Below, in pieces: positions 36,757 to 40,000 of a stretch of 40,000 bases of DNA. Origin of the DNA: Shewanella marina JCM 15074. GTDB taxonomy: Bacteria > Pseudomonadota > Gammaproteobacteria > Enterobacterales > Shewanellaceae. Position 1 is the stretch's first letter. Each line of letters starts with the position of its first letter. The position numbers were made by a program, and so were the translations under genes. The notes beneath the pieces were generated by a model. It was not told where the DNA came from and searched no databases. It saw only the letters and a program-made list of their open reading frames with translations. The DNA lies in the NCBI RefSeq assembly GCF_000614975.1, contig NZ_BALM01000004.1, positions 1-40,000 of the forward strand. The letters are read 5' to 3'.

Positions 36757-38669
36757 ATGAATAACTGGTCAATTGATGATGCGCGCGAAGGCTACAATGT
36801 CAACTACTGGAGCCAAGGTTTTTATGGCATAAGTGATACTGGTGAAGTTACAGTTTCACCTAATCCACAGCATCCTGAATATCAAGTAGGGTTAAATGAA
36901 CTTGCTAAAGATATGGTTAAAGCAGGCGTTTCATTACCTGTATTAGTACGTTTTCCACAGATTTTGCATCACCGTGTTAATAGTCTATGTCAGGCATTTA
37001 ACCAAGCAATTACTAAGTATGAGTATCAAAACGATTACTTATTGGTATACCCAATTAAAGTGAATCAGCAGCAAGCGGTTGTTGAAGAGATCTTAGCGAG
37101 TCAAAAAGAGAAAGCGGTTCCGCAGCTAGGCTTAGAAGCAGGCAGTAAGCCTGAGCTTATGGCTGTGTTAGCAATGGCGCAAAAGGCCAGCTCTGTCATT
37201 GTCTGTAATGGTTATAAAGATAAAGAATATGTTCGTCTTGCGTTAATCGGTGAGAAACTCGGCCATAAGGTTTATATCGTACTCGAGAAGATGTCTGAGC
37301 TTAAGTTAGTGCTAGAACAGGCTAAAGAGCTTGGCGTAACGCCGCGTATGGGTATTCGTGCTCGTTTGGCCTCTCAAGGTAAAGGCAAATGGCAAGCAAG
37401 TGGCGGCGAGAAGTCTAAGTTCGGCTTATCTGCATCACAAATTTTAAGTGTAATTAAGCAGTTAAAAGATTGCGATATGCTTGAGACATTGCAGTTGTTG
37501 CATTTCCACTTAGGTTCGCAAATGGCCAATATTCGTGATATTCGCCAAGGTGTAGGTGAAGCTGCTCGTTTCTATTGTGAATTACGCAAGCTTGGTGCAC
37601 ACATTGATACTTTTGATGTGGGTGGTGGTCTTGCGGTGGATTATGATGGTACACGTAGCCAAAGTAATAACTCAATGAACTACGGTCTAACTGAGTATGC
37701 TAACAATATTGTCAATGTGCTAACCGATGTTTGTAATGAATACCAGCTACCAATGCCTCGTATTATTTCTGAGTCTGGTCGTCATTTAACTGCACATCAT
37801 GCGGTATTAATTACCGATGTAATTGGCACTGAAGCTATAGTGCTGAAGAGATTTGTGCGCCGACTGATTCAGCACCACAGTTATTACATAATATGTGGCA
37901 ATCATGGTTAGATTTAAGTAGCCGAGTGGGTCAGCGTGCGTTAATTGAAATTTATCACGATACTCAAAATGATATTGCTGAAGCGCAAACGCTATTTGCA
38001 TTAGGTCAATTGAGTCTAGAAGAGCGTGCATGGGCTGAGCAAGCTAACTTACGTGTGTGCCATGAACTACAAGGTTTGTTAAGTAACAACAACCGTTACC
38101 ATCGTCCAATTATTGATGAGTTAAATGGTAAGTTAGCAGATAAATTCTTTGTTAACTTCTCGTTGTTCCAGTCTATGCCAGATGCTTGGGGTATTGATCA
38201 AGTATTCCCTGTGATGCCGCTTTCTGGTTTAGATACTAAGCCTGAGCGCCGTGCAGTGATGCTTGATATTACCTGTGACTCAGATGGTATGATTGATCAA
38301 TATGTTGATGGTCAAGGTATTGAAACAACACTACCAGTTCCAGCTTGGAGCGCCGAAAGTCCGTATTTAATGGGCTTCTTTATGGTGGGCGCTTACCAAG
38401 AAATTTTAGGTGACTTACACAATCTATTTGGTGATACCAACTCTGCTGTCGTGCGTATTGAAGAGCAGGGTATTGCTAATATTGAATCAGTGCTTTCTGG
38501 TGATACCGTTGCTGACGTATTACGTTATGTGAATCTAGATGCTGTTGCCTTTATGCGTACTTACGAAGAGTTAGTGAATAAGCACATTGTTGAGCAAGAG
38601 CGTGCGCAGATCCTTGAAGAGCTGCAATTAGGCTTGAAAGGTTACACATACTTAGAAGATTTTTCGTAA
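36757..38669 (+). pseudogene. speA: Biosynthetic arginine decarboxylase SpeA, interrupted by a single-base frameshift near 37831-37835
   Basis: Track ORFs 36757-37911 and 37893-38669 together are collinear with E. coli SpeA. Motifs include [49 protein letters not shown], then [30 protein letters not shown]. SpeA-like sequence continues in the other frame from 37833 ([25 protein letters not shown]). The first frame becomes non-homologous after VIGTE and stops at 37909. Confidence 0.85.
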
Positions 38670-38720
38670 TTATTAATTAAATAAAGCAGGTGCATTGCGC
38701 CTGCTAGGTAATTAAAGCTG

Positions 38721-39650
38721 ATGTTTTTTGAAGGTTCTGAAAAGAAAATTGAGGTGATAGTTGCACCTCAAGTCGGTTCTTTACGTGAATTAGGCATTGA
38801 TTTTTGGCAGAGTATTGTTGCTTCTGCTAATGCCGAAATTCTGTCATCAATTAGTAATGATGAGTGTGATGCCTATCTATTAAGCGAATCGAGTTTATTT
38901 GTTTGGAAAGATCGCTTTTTGATGCTGACTTGTGGTACAACTACGCTCGCTGACGCGGTGATGTTATTTATTGATAAAATAGGCGCAGATCTGATCGCTT
39001 TCGCATCATATCAACGTAAGAATGAATACCAATCGCATCTACAGACAAGTTCATTTGAACAAGATTTACATGTGATCAGAGAACGCATCTCTGGTCCGGC
39101 TTTTAGAATTGGTCATTTAGATTCTCATCATCATTATATCTTTATGACTGATAAGCCACACACAACAATTCAAGGTGACCATACTAGTGAATTGTTGATG
39201 TACCATATTCAAGGTGAGGCTGCTGACTATTTACGCAGTAGTAATCAATCGGCTGAAGGGGTTCGCCGTATCTTGGAACTGGATGAGATGTTACCAAACT
39301 TTAGGTTTGATGACTTCTTGTTCGAACCCTTTGGTTATTCGATAAATGGCATTAATGGCGATAAATATATGACAATTCATATTACGCCGCAGGAAGCCAG
39401 CTCCTATGTGAGTTTTGAAACCAATCTGGACCTAGCTCATTATCCGGTCGATATTATCGCTCGGTTATTAGCTATTTTAAATCCGGGCTCATGGGATGTA
39501 ATTGGGTTTAATTCGCCAAGGAGTACCCAAGGCTATCCTGAACATTTATGTTTAGGTAGTTGCGCATTAGAGACAAAACAGGGCTATAGTTTAGACTTCA
39601 GTCACTATCAGCAGATGTGTCACGAAGTGCTGATCCCAGAGTCAATTTGA
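38721..39650 (+). CDS. speD: S-adenosylmethionine decarboxylase proenzyme, eukaryote-type (class 2, pyruvoyl)
   Basis: FFEGSEKKIEV resembles eukaryotic FFEGTEKLLEV. The self-cleavage site YLLSESSLFV...LTCGTT resembles human YVLSESSMFV...KTCGTT. At 309 aa it is unlike the E. coli class 1 SpeD (264 aa, different motifs). Confidence 0.8.
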   Translation: MFFEGSEKKIEVIVAPQVGSLRELGIDFWQSIVASANAEILSSISNDECDAYLLSESSLFVWKDRFLMLTCGTTTLADAVMLFIDKIGADLIAFASYQRKNEYQSHLQTSSFEQDLHVIRERISGPAFRIGHLDSHHHYIFMTDKPHTTIQGDHTSELLMYHIQGEAADYLRSSNQSAEGVRRILELDEMLPNFRFDDFLFEPFGYSINGINGDKYMTIHITPQEASSYVSFETNLDLAHYPVDIIARLLAILNPGSWDVIGFNSPRSTQGYPEHLCLGSCALETKQGYSLDFSHYQQMCHEVLIPESI

Positions 39651-39677
39651 TAGATTAAGATTTGTTCGGAGTTTTAT

Positions 39678-40000
39678 ATGACTACAATTGCAGAAAAACC
39701 AGATTATTCATTATATTCTAATGCGTTTGGTTATTTGCGCCAGCCACTTGATTTTCGTCCTTTAGACGGCGATGCAGATGTGGTTGTTATTGGTTTACCA
39801 TTCGATATGGCAACGACTGGTCGCAGCGGTGGCCGTATGGGCCCTGGTGCAATCCGTAATGCATCAGTAAACCTTGCTTGGGAAGAAGTGCGTTGGCCTT
39901 GGGATTTCAGCCTAAATGAACACATTAAAGTAGTTGATGCTGGTGACCTAGTATACAACTGTGGTGACAGTGCTGACTTTACTCAACGTGTTGAAGATTT
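39678..40000 (+). CDS. speB: Agmatinase SpeB (5' part; runs off the window)
   Basis: The frame is open from ATG 39678 to the window end. It reads MTTIAEKPDYSLYSNAFGYLRQPLDFRPLDGDADVVVIGLPFDMATTGRSGGRMGPGAIRNASVNLAW..., collinear with E. coli SpeB (NAFGFLRLP...[22 protein letters not shown]). It is absent from the ORF track because there is no stop. Confidence 0.85.
   Translation, partial: MTTIAEKPDYSLYSNAFGYLRQPLDFRPLDGDADVVVIGLPFDMATTGRSGGRMGPGAIRNASVNLAWEEVRWPWDFSLNEHIKVVDAGDLVYNCGDSADFTQRVED

Overview
This is an AT-rich gammaproteobacterial chromosome segment, marine Alteromonadales/Vibrionales-like by protein flavour; I cannot assign a species. It has three blocks.

(1) 1-6.3 kb: the 3' end of a class II tRNA, then a truncated IS3-family element, then an arylsulfotransferase island. 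The island is dsbL-dsbI-assT plus a porin on the minus strand, with a divergent LysR regulator.

(2) 7.0-24.4 kb: a co-directional formate hydrogenlyase (FHL) supercluster. In order it contains:
- selB;
- a phased TGTCGA repeat array and a sigma54 promoter;
- hycBCDEFGHI (Hyd-3 type, with hycG apparently split into two coupled ORFs);
- a second TGTCGA cluster and sigma54 promoter;
- hydN-fdhF, where fdhF is one selenoprotein gene with an in-frame UGA and a SECIS hairpin (the ORF track splits it in two);
- fhlA, fdhD, hypA, and a His-rich hypB.

(3) 24.4-40 kb: mostly housekeeping and accessory genes:
- ppnP and a secreted beta/gamma-crystallin-like protein;
- a cassette of an ornithine cyclodeaminase (OCD)-family gene, a D-serine-dehydratase-like gene and a LysR regulator;
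- a HoxN/NixA nickel transporter, rlmA and a cold-shock protein;
- an ABC-2 transporter pair, yceH and an S1-domain protein;
- a four-gene polyamine cluster: speE, speA (frameshifted), a eukaryote-type AdoMetDC, and speB (runs off the window).

I found no CRISPR array, no rRNA, no intact mobile element and no recognisable defence or toxin system. The items most worth a second look are the phased TGTCGA arrays, the hycG fission with a Cys-rich tail, the speA frameshift, the eukaryote-type AdoMetDC and the leader region upstream of speE. All homology statements come from motif recognition and remembered reference sequences, not from searches.
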